Below are positions 40,514 through 51,488 of a stretch of 64,000 bases of DNA, in pieces. The position numbers were made by a program, and so were the translations under genes. The notes under the pieces were generated by a model. The model searched no databases. It was not told the origin of the DNA and saw only the letters and a list, made by a program, of their open reading frames with translations. Within the stretch, counting starts at the first letter, position 1, and every line of letters starts with the position of its first letter. Source of the DNA: an uncultured bacterium (GTDB lineage: Bacteria; Verrucomicrobiota; Verrucomicrobiia; Verrucomicrobiales; DEV007); assembly GCA_963977015.1 (NCBI GenBank), contig CAXBMO010000007.1:128001-192000 (forward strand), given 5' to 3'.

Positions 40514-41428
40514 TTACTTAATCAGGCCAACTTGAACGGCCACATCCTTAATACCGGCAAAATCTTCGTTCTTTGCCGAAATGATGGCGTCACGGTTAAT
40601 CGCCTTGAGAGCGTCCGATCCTTCTGGAGCTGCAATCAGCGCATCCTGGACCTTCTTGATGAAGCCCTCGCCAAACATCGACTCAACATCGGGATGGATC
40701 GTGAAATTGTAGTCCGCGTAAAAAGGAGTCGTCCAAATAATCTTGGTCTTCTCCTTAATGTTGGGATCGCTTTCCACCAGGGAATCATACGTCTTATAGT
40801 TCAGCGCACCCACTTCGTAGGTCCCATCGGCAACCGCATTCGCCGTTGCTACGTGGCCCCCGCTCATTTGGAAACCCGGCTCTTTCGCAAACCAGTCTTC
40901 CGGCAACTTGCCGGTATTTTCCAAAATGAAGAAGCTTGGCATCAGGCGGCCGGAAGTGGAGCCAGGCGAACCAAACGTGAACGTCTTGTCCTGGATTGCC
41001 GTTGGAAACTCTTCCGAAGGCTCAAGTCCGGTCGCGACATTCGTGATGAAGTAGGACTTGTACTGCGGATCCGCCTTGCCTTGCGCGATCGCCTGAGCCC
41101 CTTCCACAGCCATTCTTGCCTGAACTCCGGAAAGTCCGCCAAACCAAACCAAGTGAACTTCCCCGTTTTTGAACTTCGTGACAGAATCCGCGTAATCTTT
41201 CGAAAACTGGAACTCGACCGGAACGCCGAGGCTATCGTGAAGATAGGCAGCCAAAAGATCGAACTTTGCCTTTTGGTCGGTGATTTTCTCATCCGGGATC
41301 GCCGAGATGTAAAACACGCTATTTCCCCCTTCAGTGGCGGCAGACTTATCATCGTCCTTGCCGCATCCACTGAGGGCCAACAGAGTCACCGCAGCCAGAC
41401 CGGCGCGGGTGAGGAGTTGTTTCAACAT
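40514..41428 (-). CDS. PhnD-family substrate-binding lipoprotein, putative selenate/selenium-oxyanion type
   Basis: Lipobox LSGC; ISAIPDE, WFGGLSGVQAR, FTFGSPGSTSGRLMP, WTTP.YADYNFT; start placed at MLKQLL. Confidence 0.82.
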   Translation of the reverse strand: MLKQLLTRAGLAAVTLLALSGCGKDDDKSAATEGGNSVFYISAIPDEKITDQKAKFDLLAAYLHDSLGVPVEFQFSKDYADSVTKFKNGEVHLVWFGGLSGVQARMAVEGAQAIAQGKADPQYKSYFITNVATGLEPSEEFPTAIQDKTFTFGSPGSTSGRLMPSFFILENTGKLPEDWFAKEPGFQMSGGHVATANAVADGTYEVGALNYKTYDSLVESDPNIKEKTKIIWTTPFYADYNFTIHPDVESMFGEGFIKKVQDALIAAPEGSDALKAINRDAIISAKNEDFAGIKDVAVQVGLIK

Positions 41429-41925
41429 GGGTAGCTTATTGCTGTTTGTCGGTTTTTGAACCGCATCTCTCGGCAATAGTCGAAAACCTGCCCGATTTCC
41501 TTTCAAAAATACCAAAATCTGCCGCCTCCGGTTCCCCAAACGCCCGCCATCATGATCCAACGCTCCCCTGATTCGACACCGCCTCCAGCAACGCCTTCGC
41601 CAGCTTGCGCGCCGTCTGGATCGACCGAACCTCATGAAAGTTCTGTGCCTCCACCAAGGCCCCCTCAAACAACCGATAAATCGTCGTCCCCTTCTCACGC
41701 GCGCTCGCGGCTACGATCCGGTTGGTGTCGGATTGGCAATCCAACCTACGATGCCCCGCCTCAAAAACTCGAAACGATCCTCACAAATTGGATGACCAAC
41801 GATCAGTAATTGTGGAAAGATAACCCGAACCCCGCTTCCATTCCGCTCAACGCGATCCTCTCAACTCCCAGAATCGCATTTTCCGGAAACAGCGAATTCA
41901 TCCCCCCAACCCAACAAGCACTCAA

Positions 41926-42258
41926 ATGATAGGGATCCGCGCACATTTTATTCTTCGGTTCCTCTGCAGTGCAGTCGGTATGATCGCGGGCGTATTTGGG
42001 GCCGTAATTGGGTTCGCCTCGGCCGCCCAAGCCGAATGGGGCATCGCGTTCCTCGGCGTTGCCGTCCTCGTGCTCGGTCTGCTACTTCCCCATCACGTCT
42101 TCAGCAACTTCATTCCCGCCCGTTGCCCGAAATGTAGCGGCCCGGCCTACCCTCAGCGCCTCAAAAGAATCCGGTTTGTCTGTCGGAAATGCGGCCATTG
42201 CCACCAGACGAACTGGACATTTGGGTCGCGGGGCCCCGGTCGGGGGATTGAGAGCTGA
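41926..42258 (+). CDS. Small membrane protein with C-terminal Zn ribbon
   Basis: Two hydrophobic helices, then CPKC...CRKC. Confidence 0.6.
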   Translation: MIGIRAHFILRFLCSAVGMIAGVFGAVIGFASAAQAEWGIAFLGVAVLVLGLLLPHHVFSNFIPARCPKCSGPAYPQRLKRIRFVCRKCGHCHQTNWTFGSRGPGRGIES

Positions 42259-42346
42259 GCGGAAGCATCGCCGAAGGAAGAGTAACCGCAGATCTTGCAG
42301 CTTCGTCTCGTGGGACACGGTTTTCATGGTTTTAGCGGCGTGTTAG

Positions 42347-42520
42347 CTAGTCCCAGACGTAACGCTCATCATAGTCGATCCCATATTTTTTGAGCAAGTC
42401 ACGGTATTCATCTTGGAACGTCCGCGTGCGATGATGCCCATCATGGGTATCGATGGAGCGCAGCAGGGCGTCCTTTTGACTCATCTCGACGGAAAATGCC
42501 CCGAAGCCTTGCTGCCAAGC
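42347..42520 (-). pseudogene. C-terminal fragment of an IS200-like/REP-associated Y1 transposase
   Basis: AWQQGFGAFSV...HHRTRTFQDEYRDLLKKYGIDYDERYVWD aligns with the C-terminus of 59297-59749; no HUH half. Confidence 0.85.
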
Positions 42521-42532
42521 CCGAGCGATGCG

Positions 42533-42613
42533 GCGTTCCGTCAGAACGCATTTCATTCTCCATCCCGATCCCAGGTTTGAACCCTGGGCTGGGATACGGG
42601 GCCCCTTTGGAGC
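42533..42613. repeat. REP-like three-hairpin unit
   Basis: gcgttc-cgtca-gaacgc; cccagg-tttgaac-cctggg(ct); gcccctttggagc. Confidence 0.7.
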
Positions 42614-42644
42614 GGGGGAAATGCAGCGACGCTCGCCTGCGTTC

Positions 42645-44018
42645 TCAGTCCTTAAACTGCGCGACGAGCCCAGTGAGGGTGGATTTGGCGTCACCGTAGA
42701 TCATGCGACAGTTTTCGCGGAAAAAGAGAGTGTTGACCAGTCCGGAGAAACCGGCGCCCTGTCCCCGCTTCAGGGCGAAGACGGTTCTGGCGTGGTGGAC
42801 GTTGATGATCGGCATGCCGTAGATGGGGCTGGATTCGTCTTCGGCGGCGGAGGGGTTCACGACGTCGTTGGCGCCAACGACGATGGCCACGTCGACCATG
42901 TCCATCGTCGGGTTGACGTCGTCCATCTCGCGAAGCTGCTCGTAGGGCACATCCGCTTCGGCGAGGAGGACGTTCATGTGCCCGGGCATCCGCCCCGCGA
43001 CGGGGTGAATGGCGTAGCGAACTTCTGCGCCGTTTTCTTCCAAAATTTCGCCAAGTTCCTTGGTGGCGTGCTGGGCTTGGGCGACCGCCATTCCGTAACC
43101 GGGAACAAATACGACGTTGCGAGCGGCTTCGAGCACGAAATAGGCATCTTCAACGCTGATGGCCTTCATCTCGCCTTCGATCTCCTGTTTGGAGCCGCTG
43201 GAGGCTCCAAATCCACCGAACAGCACGTTGCCGAGGGTCCGGTTCATCGCCTTGCACATGATGATCGTCAAAATGAGCCCGGAGGTGCCAACCAAACAGC
43301 CCGCGACGATCAGGACGTTGTTGAGAATCACGAACCCGGCGGCTGAGGCGGCGAGTCCGGAAAAGCTGTTCAAGAGGGCGATGACCACGGGCATGTCGCC
43401 GCCGCCAATCGGAATCACGCCGAGGATTCCGAGCAGGAGGGAAAGGCCGATGACCACGTAGAGAAGCGTCGGGTTTCCGGTCGTTACCCAGACGACACCG
43501 CTCCCAATCAATCCAAGAAAGACGAGGAGGTTGATCCCTTTCTGGCCCGGGAAAACCTTCGCACTCCCGCCCATTCTTCCGGAGAGCTTGAGGTAGGCGA
43601 TCATCGAACCTGTGAAGGTAATTCCACCAATCAGAATCGCGGCAATGACGGCGCCACCGTTGAACCCGGAAATATCGTCACCTTGTCCCGTCTTGAAAGC
43701 GACGTCAGCCCAGCCGACCAGCAAACTCGCCAGACCGCCAAAGCCGTTGAACAGGGCGACCATTTCCGGCATTCCCGTCATCGGAACGCGCTTGGCGGCA
43801 ACGTATCCAATGACCGAACCGGCAACGACACCAATGATGATGAGGTTCCAGGAGATCAGTTCGGAGGACATGCCTCCCAAGGTCGCAATTACGGCGATCA
43901 GCATTCCACCGGAGGAAATCAGGTTGCCGTCCTTTGCGGTGTTCGCGGAACCAAGCATCTTGATTCCGATGATGAAGAGAATCGACGCGACGATGTAAGC
44001 GAGGTTTTGCCAGTCCAT
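42645..44018 (-). CDS. pntB: NAD(P) transhydrogenase beta subunit
   Basis: MTGMPEMVALFNGFGG, IGGGDMPVV, AMNR, PGYGMAVAQAQ, HPVAGRMPGHMNVLLAEA, GANDVVNP. Confidence 0.97.
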   Translation of the reverse strand: MDWQNLAYIVASILFIIGIKMLGSANTAKDGNLISSGGMLIAVIATLGGMSSELISWNLIIIGVVAGSVIGYVAAKRVPMTGMPEMVALFNGFGGLASLLVGWADVAFKTGQGDDISGFNGGAVIAAILIGGITFTGSMIAYLKLSGRMGGSAKVFPGQKGINLLVFLGLIGSGVVWVTTGNPTLLYVVIGLSLLLGILGVIPIGGGDMPVVIALLNSFSGLAASAAGFVILNNVLIVAGCLVGTSGLILTIIMCKAMNRTLGNVLFGGFGASSGSKQEIEGEMKAISVEDAYFVLEAARNVVFVPGYGMAVAQAQHATKELGEILEENGAEVRYAIHPVAGRMPGHMNVLLAEADVPYEQLREMDDVNPTMDMVDVAIVVGANDVVNPSAAEDESSPIYGMPIINVHHARTVFALKRGQGAGFSGLVNTLFFRENCRMIYGDAKSTLTGLVAQFKD

Positions 44019-44060
44019 TGATTAAATCAGCTCTAAGTCTTTCGGGTTCGGGGCCCAGTA

Positions 44061-44357
44061 TTATTTCTTCGCGTCCTTCTTGAACATTCCCAACATGCGG
44101 TCGGTAACCACGTAACCACCCACCACGTTGATGGTGGCAAGAACGAGGGCGGCGAACCCAAGATAAACCGCAAAGCGATCGTCAACGTCGGCTTTGCCCG
44201 CGTAAATCATGGCGCCAACAATGGTGATTCCCGAAATGGCATTCGATCCCGACATGAGCGGGGTGTGCAACTGGGAGGGAACCTTGGAAATCAGCTCGAA
44301 GCCGAGAAACGCGGCCAAGGTGAAGATAAACAGGAGCAGAATGAGGATGTCGTCCAT
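44061..44357 (-). CDS. pntAB: NAD(P) transhydrogenase alpha subunit, membrane part
   Basis: LHTPLMSGSNAISGI, NVVGGYVVTDRML. Confidence 0.95.
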   Translation of the reverse strand: MDDILILLLFIFTLAAFLGFELISKVPSQLHTPLMSGSNAISGITIVGAMIYAGKADVDDRFAVYLGFAALVLATINVVGGYVVTDRMLGMFKKDAKK

Positions 44358-44363
44358 CGTCGT

Positions 44364-45533
44364 CTATTTTTTGAAGGCTGGATGTTGGTTGACGAATTCA
44401 CCATCGTGGGTCAAAACCGCCCCTTTCAGAATCTCGTCACTCAAATCAAATTGGAACTCTTTGGATTCCTTATCCCAAAAGTGCTCCACAAAATTGCATA
44501 GGTTGGCCGCATACATTCCGCTGGCGTCACGAGGAATGAGGTTCTCCAACTTGGCGTGACCGATGATGCGCACACCGTTTTCCGTGATGACTTCCTCATC
44601 GACTTTGACGCCTTCCACGTTTCCTCCCGTTTCGGCAGCGAGGTCGACAATGATCGAGCCATTGCTCATGCTATCGACCACGTCGCTTTTCACCAGAAGC
44701 GGCGCCTTTCGCCCAAACAGCTTGGCTGTGCAAATCACCACATCACTGTTGGCGCAGACTTTGCCCTGCTCGACACGCTGTTTTTCGAGTTGCTCCGGAG
44801 TCAACTCTTTGGCGTATCCCTGATCGGTCGATCCGGTTTCTCCCAAATCAATGCGGAGCGCTTTTGCACCAAGCGATTCCGCCTGCTCAAGAGCTTCCGG
44901 GCGGGTATCGAACGCGGTCACTCTCGCTCCCAGGCGTTTCGCGGTGGCAATGGCCTGGAGACCCGCGACGCCGATTCCGATGACGAAAACTTTGGCCGGA
45001 GAAATCGTTCCCGCCGGCGTCATCATCATCGGGAAAATTTTGTTCAACCGCTCCGCCGACAAAATGACGGACATATAACCCGCGAGGTTTGCCTGAGAAC
45101 TGATGGCGTCCATCTTCTGGGCGAGCGTCGTTCGCGGCATCATTTCCATGCTGACACCGGTGATCCCGCTTTTGACCAGGGTATCAATTCGCTCCTGCTC
45201 TGGAGTGTTTGCCGGAGCCTCGCCGCCGCCCAGGTGAACGTGAAACGGGTTCAAGAATCCGACGAGCATCGCACCTTTCTTCATCTTTGCGATCTCAACC
45301 GTTTCCAGCGGCGCCACACAGAAAACCATGTCGGAATCTGCGATTCCCTTTTCCCGCGCTAGTGGTTTGGCCCCGACCTCTTCGTAATCCTGGTCCGTGA
45401 AGTCGGATGTCAGGCCGAGACCTGCTTCAAAATGCACATCGAGTCCCAAGCCAACCAGTTTCCGCGCCGTTTCCGGCGTCATGGCTGCCCGAGTCTCCTT
45501 CTCCTGGGGTTGTTTAGGGACAAAAAGTCGCAT
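44364..45533 (-). CDS. pntAA: NAD(P) transhydrogenase alpha subunit, NAD(H)-binding part
   Basis: ETRAAMTP, AQKMDAISSQANLAGY, PMMMTPAG, GVAGLQAIATAKRLGA, VDLAAETGGN. Confidence 0.95.
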   Translation of the reverse strand: MRLFVPKQPQEKETRAAMTPETARKLVGLGLDVHFEAGLGLTSDFTDQDYEEVGAKPLAREKGIADSDMVFCVAPLETVEIAKMKKGAMLVGFLNPFHVHLGGGEAPANTPEQERIDTLVKSGITGVSMEMMPRTTLAQKMDAISSQANLAGYMSVILSAERLNKIFPMMMTPAGTISPAKVFVIGIGVAGLQAIATAKRLGARVTAFDTRPEALEQAESLGAKALRIDLGETGSTDQGYAKELTPEQLEKQRVEQGKVCANSDVVICTAKLFGRKAPLLVKSDVVDSMSNGSIIVDLAAETGGNVEGVKVDEEVITENGVRIIGHAKLENLIPRDASGMYAANLCNFVEHFWDKESKEFQFDLSDEILKGAVLTHDGEFVNQHPAFKK

Positions 45534-45546
45534 AGAGAGACGCGCG

Positions 45547-45574
45547 ACCTTAGAGGGTTGAACCTACTGTTCAA
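45547..45574 (-). promoter_or_regulatory. Putative sigma70 promoter of the pnt operon, overlapping a 6-5-6 palindrome
   Basis: Minus strand reads TTGAAC-16 nt-TAAGGT, 13 nt before the pntAA ATG; TTGAAC-ctact-GTTCAA inverted repeat. Confidence 0.45.
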
Positions 45575-45663
45575 GCGGTAAAGTTTGAGAGCGTAAAAAA
45601 TAGTCAAAATATTGAAAATCACATTGGCTAGAAAAATTCCAATTCCCTTAAGCAATTTCGACG

Positions 45664-46245
45664 ATGAAACGAACCGGACTCTTTGGTGGTAGCTTCGACC
45701 CGATTCATCTGGGCCACACCATGCTGGCGGAGGAGGCGAAGGTCTCGGCCTCGCTGGATCAGGTGCTTTTTATCCCCTGCCGGCAAAGTCCGCACAAGGA
45801 TGAGGCGCCGGGGGCGAGTGACGAGCAACGCTGTGAAATGATCCGGCTTGCGATCGCGGATTTTCCCTGGGCCGAGGTCTCGACGGTTGAGTTGGAGCGG
45901 GAGGATCCGAGCTATTCCTGGCAGACGGCCCAGTATTTCGCGGGGCGGGATCCCGACGCGGAGCTGTTCTGGATTCTGGGAAGCGATCAATGGGATGTGA
46001 TCGAAAAGTGGGCCAACCCAGCGGTGTTGGCTGAATTGCTGACGTTCCTCGTTTTTCCCCGGGGCTCGGAAGTGAACGCCAAACCCGGGTTTCGGCATCA
46101 TTTCGTCCAACATGCCCACCCCGCCAGTGCGACCAAAGTTCGAAACGCCCGAAGCGATGCGAAACAATTTTTAGCGCCAAAGGTCTTCGATTTCGTGGAA
46201 AAAGAAGGTCTTTACTGGGAACCAACCCAAACCGGCAAATCCTAA
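45664..46245 (+). CDS. nadD: Nicotinate-nucleotide adenylyltransferase
   Basis: GLFGGSFDPIHLGH, SPHK, PSYS, WILGSD, SATKVR. Confidence 0.93.
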   Translation: MKRTGLFGGSFDPIHLGHTMLAEEAKVSASLDQVLFIPCRQSPHKDEAPGASDEQRCEMIRLAIADFPWAEVSTVELEREDPSYSWQTAQYFAGRDPDAELFWILGSDQWDVIEKWANPAVLAELLTFLVFPRGSEVNAKPGFRHHFVQHAHPASATKVRNARSDAKQFLAPKVFDFVEKEGLYWEPTQTGKS

Positions 46246-46249
46246 GAGC

Positions 46250-49200
46250 ATGGTGGAATCCTGGAACATCTGTATCGACACTGGAGGCACGTTTACCGAT
46301 TGCTGGGCCGTCCCGCCCGGTGGGACGGAACCAGTTCTGGTGAAGGTGCTCTCCTCCGGCAAGTTGCGAGTCCGTGTCGTCGGCGAATCCCGGATTCAGG
46401 TTCCCTGGCAACTTCCCTCCGGCTTCTTTGAGGGTTGGCAAATTGGGTTTGCGGACCAGACCGCCCGCATTGCGCAAAGCACGGTGCTCGCGGACGGCCT
46501 CCACCAGCTCAGTTTGGAGAAGGAGGCGAAACTGGATTCCGAGACCGACCTCTTCACGGGTGAAGAAGCACCGGTCATCGGAGCCCGCATCCTGACCCAA
46601 ACCTGCCTGAACGATTCGTTCCCTGCGATTTCCCTACGTCTGGCCACGACCCGGGGAACGAATGCATTGTTGGAAAAGAAGGGCGCGCGGACCGCTTTTT
46701 TCGTCACTCAGGGATTCGGGGATTTGCTCCGCATTCGCGATCAACGGCGTCCCGACCTCTTTGCCCTGAATCATCAGATTCCCGAACCGCTCTATGACGC
46801 AGTTTTCGAGATTCCGGAACGGTTGGATGCCGGCGGGGCCATTCTTGAACCGCTCGATCTCGATCATGACCTTTGCTCGAAGATTTCCGCCCTCGTTGAT
46901 GACGGGATCGAAGTCGCCGCGATCGCGCTGATGCACAGCTATCTCAACGACCAGCATGAGCAGGAGCTCGCAGGACTCTTGAAGAAAGCCGGCTTCAAGC
47001 ACGTGAGCCTCTCCAGCGAGTTGGCGCCGTTGATCAAGCTGCTTCCCCGGGCCGAGACCGCGGTTGTCGACGCCTATCTAACTCCGGTGATGGACGAATT
47101 TCTGAACCGGGTCTCCAGGGTTACCGATGATCTTCTGGTGATGACCAGCGCGGGAGGGTTGGAACCCAACTCGGATTTTCGGCCGAAGGACAGTCTCTTC
47201 AGCGGCCCCGCAGGAGGAGTCGTCGGAGCGGCCGCAAGCGGGAAACTCTGTGGTTTCGAGAAGCTCATCACGTTTGATATGGGGGGCACGAGCACCGATG
47301 TGGCTCGCTACGATGGCGACTTCGCCTACCAATTTCAGCAGGCGATCGGGGCAACGACGCTGCTCTCCCCTTCCCTGCGCATCGAGACGGTTGCCGCGGG
47401 CGGCGGCTCGATCTGCCAATGGTCGGAAGGAGGATTGCGGGTTGGACCGGAGAGCGCGGGCTCGGTTCCCGGCCCGGCGTGTTATGGCCAGGGCGGTCCG
47501 CTCACCATCACCGACGTGAACGTGCTTTTGGGAAGGGTCGATCCCGACAATTTCGGAATCCCGTTGGGAGACGAGAGCATTGCCGCGGCCAAGGCCAGGT
47601 TGCAGGAGTTGATGCGGGAAATGGGGACGAACGAGCCGGAGGAAGAGGTCCTCGAAGGCTTGTTGCGCATCGCCGTGGAGCAAATGGCCGACAGCATCGG
47701 AACCATCTCGATTCGCGAGGGCGCGAATCCTTCAGACTACGCACTGCTCGCGTTTGGCGGCGCGGGCCCACTTCATGCCTGCGCCATTGCCGATCGACTT
47801 GGCATGTCAACCATTCTCGTCCCGGCTGAGGCCGGGGTTTTGAGTGCCTTCGGGCTTCATCACGCCGAGGTGGAACGGTTCGCGGAACGGCAAGTCTTGC
47901 ATAACCTGGCCGACTGTCCTCAGATTGAAGATTGGCTGGGTGAGTTGCGGGACGAAGCGGCAGAAAAGCTCGGGACCGAATCCCAGGTTCGACGTCGCAT
48001 CGCGGAGTTGAGATTGAGCGGTCAGGAAGCTCCGCTTGATCTGGAAATCGACGATGCAGACCAATTGGCGACGCAGTTCCGTGCCAAGTACCGGACCGTT
48101 TTCGGATACGAGCCACAGCCTTCCCAACCTATTGAGCTGGTGAGTCTGCGAGTCGTTGTTTCGAAACCGCAAACGGCGAAGGTCTCCTCGGTCCGCCTCA
48201 CGGCAAAAAACACGGCGCCGAAGGAGAGCGGTCCATTTCTGAATCGAGCTGCGCTCAGTCCGGGCGATCAGCTCAGCGGCCCGAGAATCATTCAAGATCC
48301 CTTCAGCACGCTCTTCCTCCAGACTGGCTGGAGCGCGACGGTTCACGAAACCGGATCGCTGATTCTTCGTCGAGTCGGAGACGCAGCCAGTGTCGAGACC
48401 GCCACGGCAACCGACTCCCCGTTGGTTCGCGAACTCTTTCGCCATCGTTTTCAGAACATCGTCGAGGAAATGGGCGCCATGCTGCAGCGCTCCGCGGTTT
48501 CCACCAACGTGAAGGAGCGCATGGACTTTTCCTGCGCCTTGCTGGATGCGGAGGGCCAACTCGTGGTCAATGCGCCCCACATTCCCGTGCATTTGGGCGC
48601 GCTGGGATTGTGTGTGCGCGAAGTTGCCAAACACCTGGAACTTGGCCCCGGCGATATCGCGATTACGAATCATCCGGGCTTTGGCGGCTCTCATCTTCCC
48701 GACGTGACCCTGATCACAGCGATCTTCGAGGCAGGCCAGCGCATCGGGTATGTGGCAAACCGGGCTCATCACGCTGAAATTGGCGGGATCCGGCCCGGCT
48801 CCATGCCACCCAACGCGCAAAATCTGGAGGAGGAAGGCGTGGTCATCGCGCCGATGCTCCTTTTTGAAGGCGGAAACCCCAAGTGGGAGCAAATCGAGGA
48901 AATCCTCACCCACTCCCCGCATCCGACCCGAAAACTCGCCGACAATCTGGCCGATCTTCAGGCGCAAGCCGCAGCCAACTTGAGAGGTGCCCAAAGCCTG
49001 GAAGCCCTCGTCGCCGAGCATGGAGGCCCACTCATTCGCCTCCAACTGGAGTCGCTTGCCGAGCAATCGCGGGCCAGCTTCCACAAGGCCCTGAAATCTC
49101 AGTCGCTGGCTGAGAATGAAGCGGAGGAGAAGCTGGACGATGGCACGGTCATTCGCGTTGCCGCAAAACACGAGAACGAACGGTTCGTGCTCGATTTCAC

Positions 49201-49945
49201 CGGGACGAGCGCCACCGTGCCGGGAAATTTCAGCGCGACACCGGCCATCGTGCGAAGCGCCATTCTCTATTGCCTACGACTTTGGACCGGCAGCGACCTG
49301 CCCCTCAACGAAGGCTTGCTGCGCGACGTTTCCACGATTCTGCCACGCTGTTTCTTGAATCCCGAGTTTCCGGCAAATCCCCGCGAGTGCCCGGCGGTCG
49401 TTGGCGGCAATGTCGAAACGAGTCAGCGGGTGGTCGACACGATTCTCAAACTGTTCGGCATCCAGGCGTGCAGCCAGGGAACGATGAACAACTTCATCTT
49501 TGGGAATGACCGTTTTGGTTACTATGAAACGATCGCCGGAGGTGCCGGCGCGGGCCCGGACCATGAGGGCGCCAGTGGTTTGCACACCCACATGACCAAC
49601 ACCGCGATTACCGATCCCGAGATTCTGGAAAAACGGTATCCCATTCTGCTCCGGCAGTTCGCGATCCGAAAACAGTCGGGAGGGAAAGGCAGATTCGCCG
49701 GTGGTGATGGCGTCATCCGCGAATTCCAGTTTCGGGAGCCTCTGGAGGTTTCCCTGCTGATGCAGCACCGCATCGAACCGCCTTATGGGCTCAACGGAGG
49801 TGAGCCAGGCTCGTTAGGAACTCAACACTTGATTCGCTGCGATGGCGAAACCGTCGCCATTCCGGGGATCGCCGCGATTGAGGTTCAAGAAGGCGAACGC
49901 ATCGTGATCGAAACGCCCGGCGGTGGCGGGTTCGGCGTTGCCTGA
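46250..49945 (+). CDS. 5-oxoprolinase (ATP-hydrolysing), fused hydantoinase A/B type
   Basis: [78 protein letters not shown]. Confidence 0.93.
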   Translation: MVESWNICIDTGGTFTDCWAVPPGGTEPVLVKVLSSGKLRVRVVGESRIQVPWQLPSGFFEGWQIGFADQTARIAQSTVLADGLHQLSLEKEAKLDSETDLFTGEEAPVIGARILTQTCLNDSFPAISLRLATTRGTNALLEKKGARTAFFVTQGFGDLLRIRDQRRPDLFALNHQIPEPLYDAVFEIPERLDAGGAILEPLDLDHDLCSKISALVDDGIEVAAIALMHSYLNDQHEQELAGLLKKAGFKHVSLSSELAPLIKLLPRAETAVVDAYLTPVMDEFLNRVSRVTDDLLVMTSAGGLEPNSDFRPKDSLFSGPAGGVVGAAASGKLCGFEKLITFDMGGTSTDVARYDGDFAYQFQQAIGATTLLSPSLRIETVAAGGGSICQWSEGGLRVGPESAGSVPGPACYGQGGPLTITDVNVLLGRVDPDNFGIPLGDESIAAAKARLQELMREMGTNEPEEEVLEGLLRIAVEQMADSIGTISIREGANPSDYALLAFGGAGPLHACAIADRLGMSTILVPAEAGVLSAFGLHHAEVERFAERQVLHNLADCPQIEDWLGELRDEAAEKLGTESQVRRRIAELRLSGQEAPLDLEIDDADQLATQFRAKYRTVFGYEPQPSQPIELVSLRVVVSKPQTAKVSSVRLTAKNTAPKESGPFLNRAALSPGDQLSGPRIIQDPFSTLFLQTGWSATVHETGSLILRRVGDAASVETATATDSPLVRELFRHRFQNIVEEMGAMLQRSAVSTNVKERMDFSCALLDAEGQLVVNAPHIPVHLGALGLCVREVAKHLELGPGDIAITNHPGFGGSHLPDVTLITAIFEAGQRIGYVANRAHHAEIGGIRPGSMPPNAQNLEEEGVVIAPMLLFEGGNPKWEQIEEILTHSPHPTRKLADNLADLQAQAAANLRGAQSLEALVAEHGGPLIRLQLESLAEQSRASFHKALKSQSLAENEAEEKLDDGTVIRVAAKHENERFVLDFTGTSATVPGNFSATPAIVRSAILYCLRLWTGSDLPLNEGLLRDVSTILPRCFLNPEFPANPRECPAVVGGNVETSQRVVDTILKLFGIQACSQGTMNNFIFGNDRFGYYETIAGGAGAGPDHEGASGLHTHMTNTAITDPEILEKRYPILLRQFAIRKQSGGKGRFAGGDGVIREFQFREPLEVSLLMQHRIEPPYGLNGGEPGSLGTQHLIRCDGETVAIPGIAAIEVQEGERIVIETPGGGGFGVA

Positions 49946-49980
49946 TTGACAGGGTGGACCGACTCCGCTTCGCTACCTTC

Positions 49981-51480
49981 ATGTTCAGGAAACCCCTCTT
50001 CCTCTTTTTGGGCCTGCTTCCCCTTTTTCTTCAGGCACAGCCCAACATTCTCTTCATCACGGTTGATGACATGAATTGCGATTCCATCGGCGCCTTTGGC
50101 TGCCCGCTGGAAGACATCACGCCAAACATCGACAAACTGGCGGGGCAAAGCCTTCGGTTCAACAAAGCCCATGTCGTGGTTGGCAATTGTTACCCCTCAC
50201 GAAACGTGATGTTCAGCGGTCGCTATCCTCACAACTCGGGTGTCGAAGGGTTTTACCAGGTGAAGCCAACCAGCTTCCCGGTCTTGTGCGACTTGATGCA
50301 GCAAGGCGGTTACTACGCTGCGATTCGCGGCAAAGTCGCCCACTCGACTCCGTATCAGCCCTACGCCTGGGATGCCGACCTCACCATTCTGCCCGATGGG
50401 ACCAAAGCCCATCTCAAGGACGCCGCGTCCTACTATCAATCCGTCAAAACCGGAATCGAATCAGCGGCTTCCCAGGAAAAGCCGTTCTTCATCAACGTCA
50501 ATATCTCCGATCCTCACAAACCGTTTTGGCATCCGGGCGACAAGCACCCCACGTCCAGAATCTACACCGCAGATGAAGTGCCGGTTCCCGGCTACCTTTG
50601 GGATGATCCGAAAGTCCGCGAGGAACTGGCCCTCTACTATTCGTCCGTTCGAAGGGCTGACGACTGTGTTGGGCAAATTCTTCGTGCTCTCAACGAATCC
50701 GGAAAAGCGGGCGAGACCATCATCATGTTTCTCTCTGATCACGGGATGCCCCTGCCATTCTCCAAAACCCAACTCTATCATCACAGCACCAGAACGCCGC
50801 TCATCGTGAATTGGCCGGGGGTGACTCAGGCTGGCGCAATCGACGATTCCCATCTCGTTTCCGCCGTCGATTTGCTGCCAACGTGGTTGGAGATGGCCGA
50901 GCTCGAAGCTCCGGACGGTCTGGACGGACGCTCGTTGGTGAAGTTGATTCGCGGCGAGAACGAAGAAGGCTGGGACCGGGTTTACAAGGAATACAACGAG
51001 AACGCGGGCGGCCAACGCGCCCCGATGCGTGCCGTTCAAACCCAGCAGTTTCTTTACCTCTTCAATCCCTGGTCAAACGGTGAGCGACAGTTCAAGACGG
51101 CAACGCAGGGAACGGCTACCTATCGCCGGATGAAGCAGGTTGCCCCCACAAACGCCGAGATTGCCGCGCGATTGGACTTGTTTGACTTTCGGGTCGTCGA
51201 AGAACTTTACGATGTGGAGAAAGACCCGGATTGTTTGGTCAATCTGGCCGCGAATCCTGAATTCAGGCCGCAACTTCAGGAGATGCGGCAAAACCTGGAA
51301 ACGTGGATGGCTCGAACCGGCGATCCCGCGAAGGAAGCCTTCACCAATCGAGATTCGCCGGAGGTCGTTCAAGCATTCATGGCAAAACAGGAGGCGGAAT
51401 CGCTGGAGCGGCGCGCCATTCGCCGGAAAAACAAAGCCCCAAAGAACAGCGCAAACCCGCCGAAAAAAGGCAAGAGCTAG
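49981..51480 (+). CDS. Sulfatase (S1, N-sulfoglucosamine sulfohydrolase-like)
   Basis: PNILFITVDD, CYPSR motif, DPHKP, SDHGMPLP, EELYD; start placed at MFRKPL. Confidence 0.9.
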   Translation: MFRKPLFLFLGLLPLFLQAQPNILFITVDDMNCDSIGAFGCPLEDITPNIDKLAGQSLRFNKAHVVVGNCYPSRNVMFSGRYPHNSGVEGFYQVKPTSFPVLCDLMQQGGYYAAIRGKVAHSTPYQPYAWDADLTILPDGTKAHLKDAASYYQSVKTGIESAASQEKPFFINVNISDPHKPFWHPGDKHPTSRIYTADEVPVPGYLWDDPKVREELALYYSSVRRADDCVGQILRALNESGKAGETIIMFLSDHGMPLPFSKTQLYHHSTRTPLIVNWPGVTQAGAIDDSHLVSAVDLLPTWLEMAELEAPDGLDGRSLVKLIRGENEEGWDRVYKEYNENAGGQRAPMRAVQTQQFLYLFNPWSNGERQFKTATQGTATYRRMKQVAPTNAEIAARLDLFDFRVVEELYDVEKDPDCLVNLAANPEFRPQLQEMRQNLETWMARTGDPAKEAFTNRDSPEVVQAFMAKQEAESLERRAIRRKNKAPKNSANPPKKGKS

Positions 51481-51488
51481 AGCAGTTT

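Noticed and set aside
41550-41925. In-frame TGA codons (41781, 41803) upstream of the selB operon as possible selenocysteine read-through
   Set aside because: Further stops occur in the same frames, with no redox-motif context and no clear SECIS hairpin; probably non-coding or decayed sequence
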